Under the pieces are notes generated by a model. It ran no database searches and had not been told where the DNA came from. It saw nothing but the letters and a program-made list of their open reading frames with translations. From the NCBI GenBank assembly GCA_963813335.1, contig CAWEYL010000005.1:43201-107200 (forward strand): a stretch of DNA of 64,000 nucleotides. Reading direction: 5' to 3'. Positions 52,782 through 63,690 of the stretch are shown in pieces (the first letter of the stretch is position 1; each line of letters starts with the position of its first letter). Both the position numbers and the translations under genes were made by a program. This DNA is from an uncultured Chloroflexia bacterium. Its GTDB lineage: Bacteria; Chloroflexota; Limnocylindria; Limnocylindrales; CSP1-4.

Positions 52782-54107
52782 ATGGCGACCCTGCTGAAGA
52801 CCCCCAACGGCTGGCCGAAGATCCTGCCCGCGCGGTCGACGCTGACCGACCCGCTCGACCTCGACGCCGCCGTGACCGTCGGCGCGTTCGCCGGCCTGCA
52901 CGCGGCGGTCCGCGACCTCGGGCCGACCGCGACCATCGCCGCGATCGCCGCCTCGGGGCTGCGCGGGCGAGGCGGCGCCGGCTTCCCGGCGGGTGACAAG
53001 TGGCGGACCGCGGCGACGACCGAGGCGCCGCGGCGCTACGTCGTGGCCAACGGCTACGGCGCGGACCCGGCGTCGGGCACGGACCGCTACCTGATGGAGC
53101 ACGACCCGTACGGCGTCATCGAGGGGGTCGCCATCGCGGCCTTCGCCATCGGCGCGGAGGAGGCCTTCATCGCGGTCCGTGCCGAGGACAGCGAGGCCGT
53201 CCGCCGCCTCGAGGCCGCGATCGGCGCCGCCACCGACGCCGGGTTCATCGGCGAGGACGCCTTCGGCCCGCGTCGCGACCTGTCCGTCGTCGTCCGACCC
53301 GTCCAGGGCGCGTACATGCTCGGCGAGGAGACCGTGCTGCTGAAGGCCCTCGAGGGCAAGCGCGGCCAGCCCGAGCAGCGGCCGCCGCATCCCGCGGAGC
53401 GCGGCCTGTGGGGCATGCCGACGGTCGTCCAGAACGTGCAGACCCTCGGCGCGCTCGGCTGGATCCTTCGTAACGGTCCGGCCGCCTACGTCGCCACCGG
53501 GTCCAAGGCCAGCCCGGGCACCGTCCTCGTCCAGGTGCGCACCCCGTCCGGCGACGGGATCGCCGAGGTGCCGCTCGGGACGCCGCTGCGCAAGGTCGTC
53601 GCGCTCGGCGGCGCGCTCCCCGACGGCCGGTCGATCAAGGCCGTGCTCGTCGGCGGCCCGTCCGGCGGCCTGCTGCCGCCCGAGGCGCTCGACACGCCCT
53701 ACGACTTCGGGCCGCTCCGCGCGGCCGGCGCGCACATCGGCTCGGGCTCGGTGGTCGTCGCCGACGACCGGGCCTGCATCGTGGACCTCGCCCGCCTGCT
53801 GACCCGGTTCTGCGCCGGCGAGGCGTGCGGCAAGACCATCCCGTGCCGGATCGGCACGCGCCGCCTGGTCGAGATCGCCGACCGGGTCGTGGACGGCCGT
53901 CCGCGCCCCACCGACATGGACCTCCTGACCGACCTCTCGGCCGATATCGCGGCCTCCGCGCTGTGCGACCACGAGCGCCTGACGACCCTCCCGCTCACGA
54001 GCGGGATGCGATACTTCCGCTCCGAACTGGACGAGCACATCCTCAACGCTGCATGCCCGGCCGGCGTCTGTCACCCGATCGCGGTGGCCGCCGGAGCGGC
54101 CCGATAA
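52782..54107 (+). CDS. Divergent NuoF-like (51-kDa family) subunit
   Basis: GLRGRGGAGFPAGDKW, GAYMLGEETVLLKALEGKRGQPEQRPPHPAERGLWGMPTVVQNVQT and EACGKTIPCRIGT. Several canonical FMN/NADH/N3 positions are substituted. Confidence 0.85.
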   Translation: MATLLKTPNGWPKILPARSTLTDPLDLDAAVTVGAFAGLHAAVRDLGPTATIAAIAASGLRGRGGAGFPAGDKWRTAATTEAPRRYVVANGYGADPASGTDRYLMEHDPYGVIEGVAIAAFAIGAEEAFIAVRAEDSEAVRRLEAAIGAATDAGFIGEDAFGPRRDLSVVVRPVQGAYMLGEETVLLKALEGKRGQPEQRPPHPAERGLWGMPTVVQNVQTLGALGWILRNGPAAYVATGSKASPGTVLVQVRTPSGDGIAEVPLGTPLRKVVALGGALPDGRSIKAVLVGGPSGGLLPPEALDTPYDFGPLRAAGAHIGSGSVVVADDRACIVDLARLLTRFCAGEACGKTIPCRIGTRRLVEIADRVVDGRPRPTDMDLLTDLSADIAASALCDHERLTTLPLTSGMRYFRSELDEHILNAACPAGVCHPIAVAAGAAR

Positions 54108-54115
54108 GGCGACCC

Positions 54116-56753
54116 ATGGCCGACCTCCTCACCCGCCCCGACAGCCGCCCGGAGACGGACCCCGTTCCCGAGCCCGAGTCGCTCGCCGACCGGCTCCTGG
54201 CGACCCGCTCGCCGCAGCGGCCGCAGTCGTCGGCGCGCATCCGCATCGAGGTCGACGGCCGGGTCGTCGAGGGCTTCGAGGGCCAGACGATCCTCGAGGT
54301 CTGCCGCGACAACGGCATCGAGATCCCGACGCTCTGCTACGAGCCGAAGCTGCCCGGCTTCGGGGCGTGCCGGATGTGCGTGGTCGAGGTGGAGGGCGAG
54401 GAGCACCCGCCGATCTCCTGCTCGCGGACGTGCGAGCCCGACATGAAGGTCCAGACCCAGACCGAGGAGGTCCGCCGCCTGCGCCGGACGAACCTCGAGC
54501 TGATCTTCAGCGACCACAACGCCTACTGCCTGCCGCCCTGCCAGAACAAGTGCCCGAGCCACATCGACATCCCGGGCTTCCTCAAGGCCAACGCCGAGGC
54601 CAACTGGCGCGAGAGCACGCGGATCTTCAAGCGGACGATCCCGTTCCCCTCGGTCCTCGGGCGGGTCTGCCCGGCCCCGTGCGAGGAGCACTGCCGGCGC
54701 GACGAGGTCGACGAGGCGATCGCCATCCGCGACAGCCACCGCTACGCCGGCGACCAGGTCCTCAAGGCGATGCTCGACGAGGACGTCGATCCGCCGCTGC
54801 CGTTCGAGGTCCAGGCACCGTCCGGTCGGCGGGCCGCGGTCATCGGCTCCGGCCCGGCCGGGATGGCGGCCGCGTTCTACCTCCTGCTGGCCGGCCACGA
54901 GGTCACCATCTACGAGCGCGACCCGGCGCCGGGCGGGATGCTCCGCTACGGGATCCCGCAGTACCGCCTGCCCAAGGTCGAGGTCCTCGAGGCCGAGTAC
55001 GAGTCGGTCACCCGGCTCGGCGGCAAGATGGTCTGCAACATGGGCCTCGGGCGCGACTTCACGCTCGACGACCTGACCAACCAGGGCTTCGACGCGGTCG
55101 TGGTCGCCATCGGCTGCTACGACACCAACAAGCTGGGCATCCCCGGCGAGGACGCCGCCGAGGTCCTCGACGGCCTCGAGTACCTGCGCACCGCGACGCT
55201 CGGCCTGCCGTACCCCGAGCACGCCGGCAAGCGCGTCGTCGTCATCGGCGGCGGGTTCACCTCGATGGACTGCTCGCGGACGTCGGTCCGCCAGGGCGCC
55301 AGCGAGGTCACGCTCGTCTACCGCCGCGACATGAAGGACATGCCGGCGTCCAACGAGGTCCACGAGGCCATCGAGGAAGGCGTCACCGCCATCTTCCAGG
55401 CCGGCCCGACGCGGGTCGTCCTCGACGACAAGGGCAACGTCACCGGCGTCGAGTTCATCCGCATGGCGCTCGGCGAGCCCGACGCGTCCGGCCGCCGCCG
55501 CCCGGAGCCGGCGCCCGGCACCGAGTTCATCGTCCCGTGCGACCGCGTGCTGCTCGCCATCGGCCAGGGCCCGGACCTCACCTGGATCGGCCCGGGCTCC
55601 GAGGGCCCGGAGGCCACCAAGCAGCGCCGCCTCAAGGCCGACGCGGTCACGTTCGAGACCGGCCGGCCCGGGCGTCTTCGGCACCGGCGACGTGCGCATC
55701 GGCGCCGCGACCGTGGTCCAGGCCATCGCCGAGGGCCGCCGCTCCGCGTACGCCGTCGACGCGTTCCTCAAGGGCCTCGACCTCTCGTCGATCCGGGCCC
55801 GCCAGACGCTCGCCGAGCCGCAGCCCGAGTTCCTCTCGATCGTCCCGTTCACCGGCGAGATCAAGGAGCCGCGCTACCGGATGGCGGCCATGGAGGCCGA
55901 GGAGCGCAACCACAACTACATCGAGTACGAGCTGCCCTACACCCGCGAGGCCGCGGTCGCCGAGTCCACCCGCTGCCTGCAGTGCACCTGCGAGGCGATC
56001 GGCTTCTGCGACCTGCGCCGCCTCGGCATCGAGTACGGCACCACGCTCAAGACGCTCGAGCCGCAGTACCACCAGGGCGCCGGCTACCGGAGCGTGACCG
56101 AGAACCGCTTCACCGGGGTCAACCACGACTACGTCCGTGACGACTCGCACGCGTTCATCCTCCGCGAGCCGTCGCGCTGCATCGACTGCGGGCGCTGCGC
56201 CCAGGTCTGCTCGGAGGTGGTCGGCGCGGCCTGCTACGACTTCATGCGGATCGGCTTCGACACGCTGGTGACGACGCCGCTCGACATGAGCCTCAACGAC
56301 ACCCCGTGCGTGTCCTGCGGCCGCTGCGCCGAGACGTGCCCGACGGGCGCCCTCATGCCGAAGCCACGGATCCTGCAGAAGTACGACGTCGACGAGAGCC
56401 GCTGCATCCTGTGCGGCATCTGCGTCGACGCGTGCCCCTACGACGCGCTCCGCGACGGCGGCGACATCGAGCTCGCCCATACGAGCCGGTCCGAGCCGAT
56501 GATCGACCTGATGGCGATCGCCGCCATCGACCGCGAGACCGAGATCACCTACATCCGGCGCGAGCGCGGCTGGGCGGATGCCGCCGCCGCCGAGGGCCGC
56601 GTGCTCGACCCCGCCCGGATGCTCCCGATGCTGCCCGCCACGATCGCGGGGCTCCCGTCCGGCAACGGCAACGGGCATGGGCACGGCGACGGGCACGACC
56701 ACTCGAATGGCCACGGCGCCGGGACGGCGCTGCTCGGCAGCGGGCACGAGTAG
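54116..56753 (+). CDS. ~878-aa fusion: NuoG-type 2Fe-2S domain + GltD-like FAD/NAD(P)H oxidoreductase + NuoG/HydA-type 4Fe-4S domain + NuoI C-terminal half + His-rich tail (1-nt insertion near 55668-55673)
   Basis: [30 protein letters not shown] is 2Fe-2[20 protein letters not shown]...[12 protein letters not shown] plus [14 protein letters not shown] and [13 protein letters not shown] are GltD-like. After the frameshift come [36 protein letters not shown] and [16 protein letters not shown]. Then comes [28 protein letters not shown], which is the NuoI second motif. Confidence 0.75.
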
Positions 56754-56759
56754 GCGGCC

Positions 56760-57356
56760 GTGCTCAGGAAGCTCGTCCCGATCGTCCTCGCCCTGATGGT
56801 CCTCGGCGCCGTCGCGACCATCGCCGCGGTGATGGTGGTCGTCCTCGGCCAGGACTGGGACGACGCGCTCCTGTGGATCCTCGCCTCGATCATGATCGGC
56901 GCCGGGCTCCTCGTCGTGACGATGCGCGACATCATCCGCTGCGGCCTGGCGATGATCGTCTGCTTCGGCGCCCTCGCCGGGATCTACGTCCTGATGGGGG
57001 CGCCGCTGATCGGCGCGGCCCAGGTCATCGTCTACATCGGCGCGATCAGCGTCCTGATCCTGTTCGCGATCATGCTGACCCAGACCAAGGACGCGCCGTC
57101 CCGCCTCGTCTTCCAGACGCAGGCCGGTCCCGCGGCCATCGCCGCGATCGTGATCGCGCTCGTGATCGCCCTCTCGGTCGCGGCCACCGACTGGCCCGGC
57201 GTCGTGGCCGAGCGGATCCGCTACGCGACCGACGCGATGGCCAGGTTCATGTTCGACAGCTTCGTCCTGCCGTTCGAGGTCATCAGCGTGGTCCTGCTGG
57301 CCGCGGTCATCGGCGGCGTCTACCTCGCCAAGCGCGAGCCGGGCGGCCCGTCGTGA
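56760..57356 (+). CDS. nuoJ: NADH-quinone oxidoreductase subunit J
   Basis: 198-aa membrane protein. [27 protein letters not shown] and [16 protein letters not shown]. Confidence 0.9.
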   Translation: MLRKLVPIVLALMVLGAVATIAAVMVVVLGQDWDDALLWILASIMIGAGLLVVTMRDIIRCGLAMIVCFGALAGIYVLMGAPLIGAAQVIVYIGAISVLILFAIMLTQTKDAPSRLVFQTQAGPAAIAAIVIALVIALSVAATDWPGVVAERIRYATDAMARFMFDSFVLPFEVISVVLLAAVIGGVYLAKREPGGPS

Positions 57357-57664
57357 GCGACTCGCTCGACGCGTATCTCGTCCTGTCGGGGATCCTGTTC
57401 GCGATCGGCTCGTTCGGGTTCCTGGCCCGCCGCAACGCCATCAGCATGCTGATGTCGATCGAGCTGATGCTCAACGCGGTCAACCTCTCGATCGTCGCAT
57501 TCGGGGCCTTCAACCCCGTGCTCGGGGTGCAGGGCCAGATCATCGCGCTGTTCGTGATGGCCATCGCCGCCGGTGAGGCCACCGTGGGCCTGGCCATCGT
57601 CATCGCCATCTACCGCAACAAGAAGACGCCGCTCGTCGACGAGTACGACGACATGCGCCGATGA
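57353..57664 (+). CDS. nuoK: NADH-quinone oxidoreductase subunit K
   Basis: GTG overlaps the nuoJ stop. [38 protein letters not shown]...[17 protein letters not shown]. Confidence 0.92.
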   Translation: MSDSLDAYLVLSGILFAIGSFGFLARRNAISMLMSIELMLNAVNLSIVAFGAFNPVLGVQGQIIALFVMAIAAGEATVGLAIVIAIYRNKKTPLVDEYDDMRR

Positions 57665-59624
57665 GCCCCGAGTCGCTCATCCCCCTGCTCGTCATCCTGC
57701 CGCTCAGCGGCTTCGCCATCACGGCGCTGATCGGCCGGCGGCTCGGCAAGCAGGCCCACTGGATCCCTGTCCTGGCCGTCTTCGCGGCGTGGCTCATCGC
57801 GATGAGCGTGTCGTACGCGGCGCTGACCGGCGCGGCGCCGTTCGGCGAGCACGGCTACGGCGCGACCCTCTTCGACTGGATCCCGGCCGGCGCGTTCCAC
57901 GTCGAGGCCGGGTTCTTCGTCGACCAGCTGACCGCCTGCCTGCTGATCGTGGTCACGACCATCGGCCTGCTGGTCCACGTCTACTCGATCGGCTACATGA
58001 GCCACGACCCGGGCTACTGGCGGTTCTTCGCCTACCTGAACCTGTTCATGTTCAGCATGCTCACGCTGGTCCTCGCGGACTCGTGGCTGGTGGTGTTCGT
58101 GGCGTGGGAGCTGGTCGGCCTGTCCAGCTACCTGCTCATCGGCTTCTGGTTCCGCAAGCGCTCCGCGGCCCTCGCCGCCAAGAAGGCGTTCATCGTCAAC
58201 CGCGTCGGCGACATCGGGTTCGCGCTCGGGATCATGGCCATCTTCGTGAACACCGGGACGCTGAACATCCGCGAATCGCTCGACGTGCTCACCAGCGCGA
58301 CCCTCGTCGCCTTCCCGATCCCGATCGCGATCGTCGCGCTGCTGGTGTTCGCCGGGGCGATGGGCAAGTCCGCCCAGTTCCCGCTCCACGTCTGGCTGCC
58401 GGACGCGATGGAGGGCCCCACCCCGGTCTCCGCCCTCATCCACGCGGCGACGATGGTCAACGCCGGCGTCTACCTGGTCGCCCGGGCGAACCCGCTGTTC
58501 GCGGCCTCGCCGTCCTCGCTGGTCGTGGTCGCGGCGATCGGCATCTTCACGGCCATCCTCGCCGCCTCCATCGCGATGACCCAGACCGACATCAAGCGGG
58601 TCCTCGCCTATTCGACGCTGTCGCAGCTGGGCTACATGTTCGCGGCGCTCGGGGTCGGCGCGTTCACCGCGGCGATCTTCCACCTCATGACCCATGGCTT
58701 CTTCAAGGGCCTGCTCTTCCTCGGCTCGGGCTCGGTCATCCACGCCGTCCACGAAGAGCAGGACATGCGCAGGATGGGCGGCCTCTCGAAGAAGATCCCG
58801 ATCACCTACGCGACGATGCTCATCGGCTCGCTCGCGATCGCCGGGATCCCGCCGCTGGCCGGCTTCTTCTCCAAGGACGAGATCCTCGGCGAATCCTTCA
58901 AGCAGGGCTTCCTGTGGGTGTGGGCGATCGGCTTCGTGGTCGCCGGCCTGACCGCGTTCTACATGTTCCGGCTCATGGGCCTCACCTTCTGGGGCGCGTT
59001 CCGCGGCCCGAAGGCCGTCTGGGACCGGATCCACGAGTCGGCGCCGGTCATGACCATCCCGCTGATCCTGCTGGCCATCGCGTCGGTCTTCCTCGGCATG
59101 CTCCTCGGGCTGCCGTTCGGGGCCAGCACGATCTCGGGCTGGCTCGCCCCGGTCTTCGAGGAGTCGGTCCAGGCCCTCGGCCACGAGGAGGCCGCCTTCG
59201 CCCTGTTCGGCATCGACGGCGTGCTCATCCTCGCGAGCGTGACCGTGGCGGTGGTCGGCATCGCGATCGCCTGGCGGCTGTTCGGCGTCGAGCTCCTCGG
59301 GCTGAAGCTGACCGCGCGCCCCGAGCGCGTCCGCGAGCTGAGCGCCAGGGTCCCGTTCCTCTACCGCGCCTCGCTCAACAAGTGGTGGTTCGACGAGCTC
59401 AACCACCTGCTGTTCATCGTCATCGGCGGCAAGGTCGCGAACGCCCTGTGGTGGTTCGACCGCGAGGTCGTCGACGGCACCGTGAACCTGGTCGGGCGCT
59501 CGACCGTCGCCTCGGGCCGCGGGCTCCGCCGCGTCCAGACCGGCCACGTCCAGAACTACGCGCTAGGCATCGCGGTCGGGCTCATCGTCATGGCCGGCTC
59601 GTACCTCCTGCTGGTGGGACGCTG

Positions 59625-59625
<1 letters not shown>
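57661..59625 (+). CDS. nuoL: NADH-quinone oxidoreductase subunit L
   Basis: 654 aa, Mrp-antiporter-like. [48 protein letters not shown]. Confidence 0.95.
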
Positions 59626-61279
<1,654 letters not shown>

Positions 61280-61283
<4 letters not shown>

Positions 61284-62770
61284 GCCACGACCTCTTCGTC
61301 CTCAGCCCCCTGATCGCGGCAGTCCTCACGGCGGCCGCGGTCCTCATCGTCGACCTGATCCGGCCCGGCAAGGCCATGGTCGCCGTGGCCACCGCGCTGA
61401 TCGGCCTGGCGATCACGACCGCGGTCACCCTGGCGGTCGGCCTGACCTCGAGCGGCGGCTTCGCCCAGATGACCGCGTTCGGCGGCGTCTACACGGTCGA
61501 CGCGCTGACGACCTTCCTCGACATCCTGTTCATCGCGATCATCGCGCTGACGATCTCGTTCGCACCGGACTACCTGCTCGCGCGCGGGCTGCCGGTCGCG
61601 GAATTCATCATCGTGCTGCTGTTCGCGATGACCGGCGCGATGCTGCTGTCGGCCTCGACCGACCTGCTGCTGCTCTTCCTCGGCCTCGAGCTGATGGTGC
61701 TCCCCGGCTACCTGCTGGCGGCCTACCACAAGACCGACTCGTACTCGACCGAGGGCGCGATCAAGTACTTCCTGCTCGGCTCGTTCAGCTCGGCGATCTT
61801 CCTGTTCGGCCTTGCCTTCATCTGGGGCATGACGGGCACGACCAGCGTCGACGGCGTCTACGCGGCCCTGAGCGCGATCGTCGCCGGGACGGCGCCGCTG
61901 GCGCCCGGCCTCGCGATGGGGTTGGCGTTCCTGACCACCGGTGTCGCCTTCAAGATCGCGGCGGTCCCGTTCCACTACTGGACGCCGGACGCGTACCAGG
62001 GCTCGCCCACGCCCATCACCGGCTACCTGTCGGTCGGGCCGAAGGTCGGCGCGTTCGCCCTGATCCTGCGCCTCTTCGGCGAGGCGATCTGGCCGCTCCA
62101 CGACTGGTGGCTGCCGGTCGTCATCGTGCTGGCGACGCTGACCATGACCCTCGGCAACCTCGTCGCGCTGACCCAGGACAACGTCAAGCGGATGCTGGCC
62201 TACAGCTCGATCGCGCACACCGGCTACATGCTGGTCGGCCTCGCGGCCTACGCCTCGGGCCAGATCCAGGGCCTCGAGGGGCTCCTCTACTACAGCGCCG
62301 CCTACGCGGCCATGAACCTGGGCGCGTTCGCGGTCATCGCCGCGCTCCAGAAGCGGCCGGGGGTCACCTCGCAGCTCGACACGTTCGCGGGGCTCGGGCG
62401 CAAGGAGCCGATCCTGGCGATCCTGCTGACCCTCTTCCTGCTGTCACTGACCGGCATCCCGCCGACCGCCGGGTTCTTCGCCAAGGCGTACGTGATCCTG
62501 GCCGCCGTGCAGGCCGGCGGGCCGATGACCGTGCTCGCCGTCATCGCGGTGCTCAATGCCGCGGCCGCCGCGTTCTACTACCTGCGCGTCGTCGTCTACA
62601 TGTTCATGCGCGATCCGGCCAGCGACCTCCCGGCGCTCCGCCACGGCCGGCTGGTCTGGAGCGGACTGGCGGTCGCGACGACCTTCACCATCATCCTCGG
62701 GCTGTTCCCGGAGCCGCTGCTGCAGGTGGTCGGCGAGGCCGCCGCCGCCATCTCGAAGATCGGGCTCTAG
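61280..62770 (+). CDS. nuoN: NADH-quinone oxidoreductase subunit N
   Basis: TTG overlaps the nuoM stop. LFLGLELMVLPGYLLAAY, FKIAAVPFHYWTPDAYQGSPTPITGYLS. Confidence 0.93.
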
Positions 62771-63586
62771 CCAGGCCCTGCCTCGCGCTCGAGCCGCCGC
62801 GCGATCGCGGCGAGCATCCGGCCGACGTCCCGCGCCGACGCCACCACGAGATCCGCGCGATCCAGGATCTCGGGCGGCGTGCTGAGCCGGCCGTGGACCG
62901 CCACGATGACGCCCTCCTCGAGCCGGCCGTCCGTCCGTGCCGCGCTGAGGGCGTCGAAGGCGTCGGTGTCGCTCAGGTCGTCACCGAACGAGATGGCCGC
63001 GCCGGGCCGGGTCGCCGCGATGAGCCGGTCGGCCGCCTCGCCCTTGCCGCCGGCCTCGCGCGGTCGCAGGTCCACGACGGAGCGGCCGCGGTACGGCTCG
63101 AGGCCGTGGTCGCCGAGGCCGGCGCGCTCCTCGACCGCTGTTATCGCGGCGAGGACCGCGGCCCGCGCTGCCGGGATGTCGTCGGCCTGGCGGACGTGGA
63201 ACGCGACGGACGGGCCCTTGCGCTCGACGAACAGCCACGGCGGCGCGCCGAGCTCCGCGGCGACCCCCGTGGCGAGCGCCTCGGCGAATGGGGCGTAGCC
63301 CTCGAAGCCGGCCTCCGGCGTGACCGCGATGGGGCCGCGGCCGCCGCGCGGGAGCCGGCCGTGCTGCAGGCCGTGGTCGCCCAGGTAGTCGATGCCGCCC
63401 ACACGCGCGCGTCCGGCCACATCCGCGACGGTGCGGCCGGTCAGGACGACGACGTGGAGCCGGTCCGGCCGGGCCGCGGCGATCGCCGCGAGCCGGCGCA
63501 GGGCCCGTCGCGCGCCAGGCTCGATCCGCGCGGCGCCGGGGTCGCGCGATGCCCGGCGAAAGCGTCCCGTCGAAGTCGGCGAGCAC
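62767..63586 (-). pseudogene. otsB: Trehalose-phosphate phosphatase (HAD-IIB), with a 1-nt deletion near 63541-63547; start uncertain
   Basis: HAD motif I LADFDGTLSP lies in the frame of ORF 62981..63586. The continuation IARDPGAARIEPGARRALRRLAA...HVVVLTGR...GIDYLGDHGLQ...GKGEA...FGDDLSDTDAF lies in the frame of ORF 62767..63420. Confidence 0.78.
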
Positions 63587-63690
63587 CAGCAGCGGCGGGC
63601 GTGCCGCGACCAGTCGGTCCAGGGCGACGCCGATGGCCGCCGACGGCGAGACGGCGTCGACCGCCGCTGCTGCGCCGTGCGCCTCCGGCG

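Noticed and set aside
51069-54107. Single 1012-aa ORF spanning nuoH, nuoI and the NuoF-like gene.
   Set aside because: Only three separate stretches of this frame look like real protein: the NuoH middle part, the NuoI N-half and NuoF-like. The stretches between them are R/P/G-rich garbage, and the conserved sequence there sits in other frames. The ORF is open only by chance.
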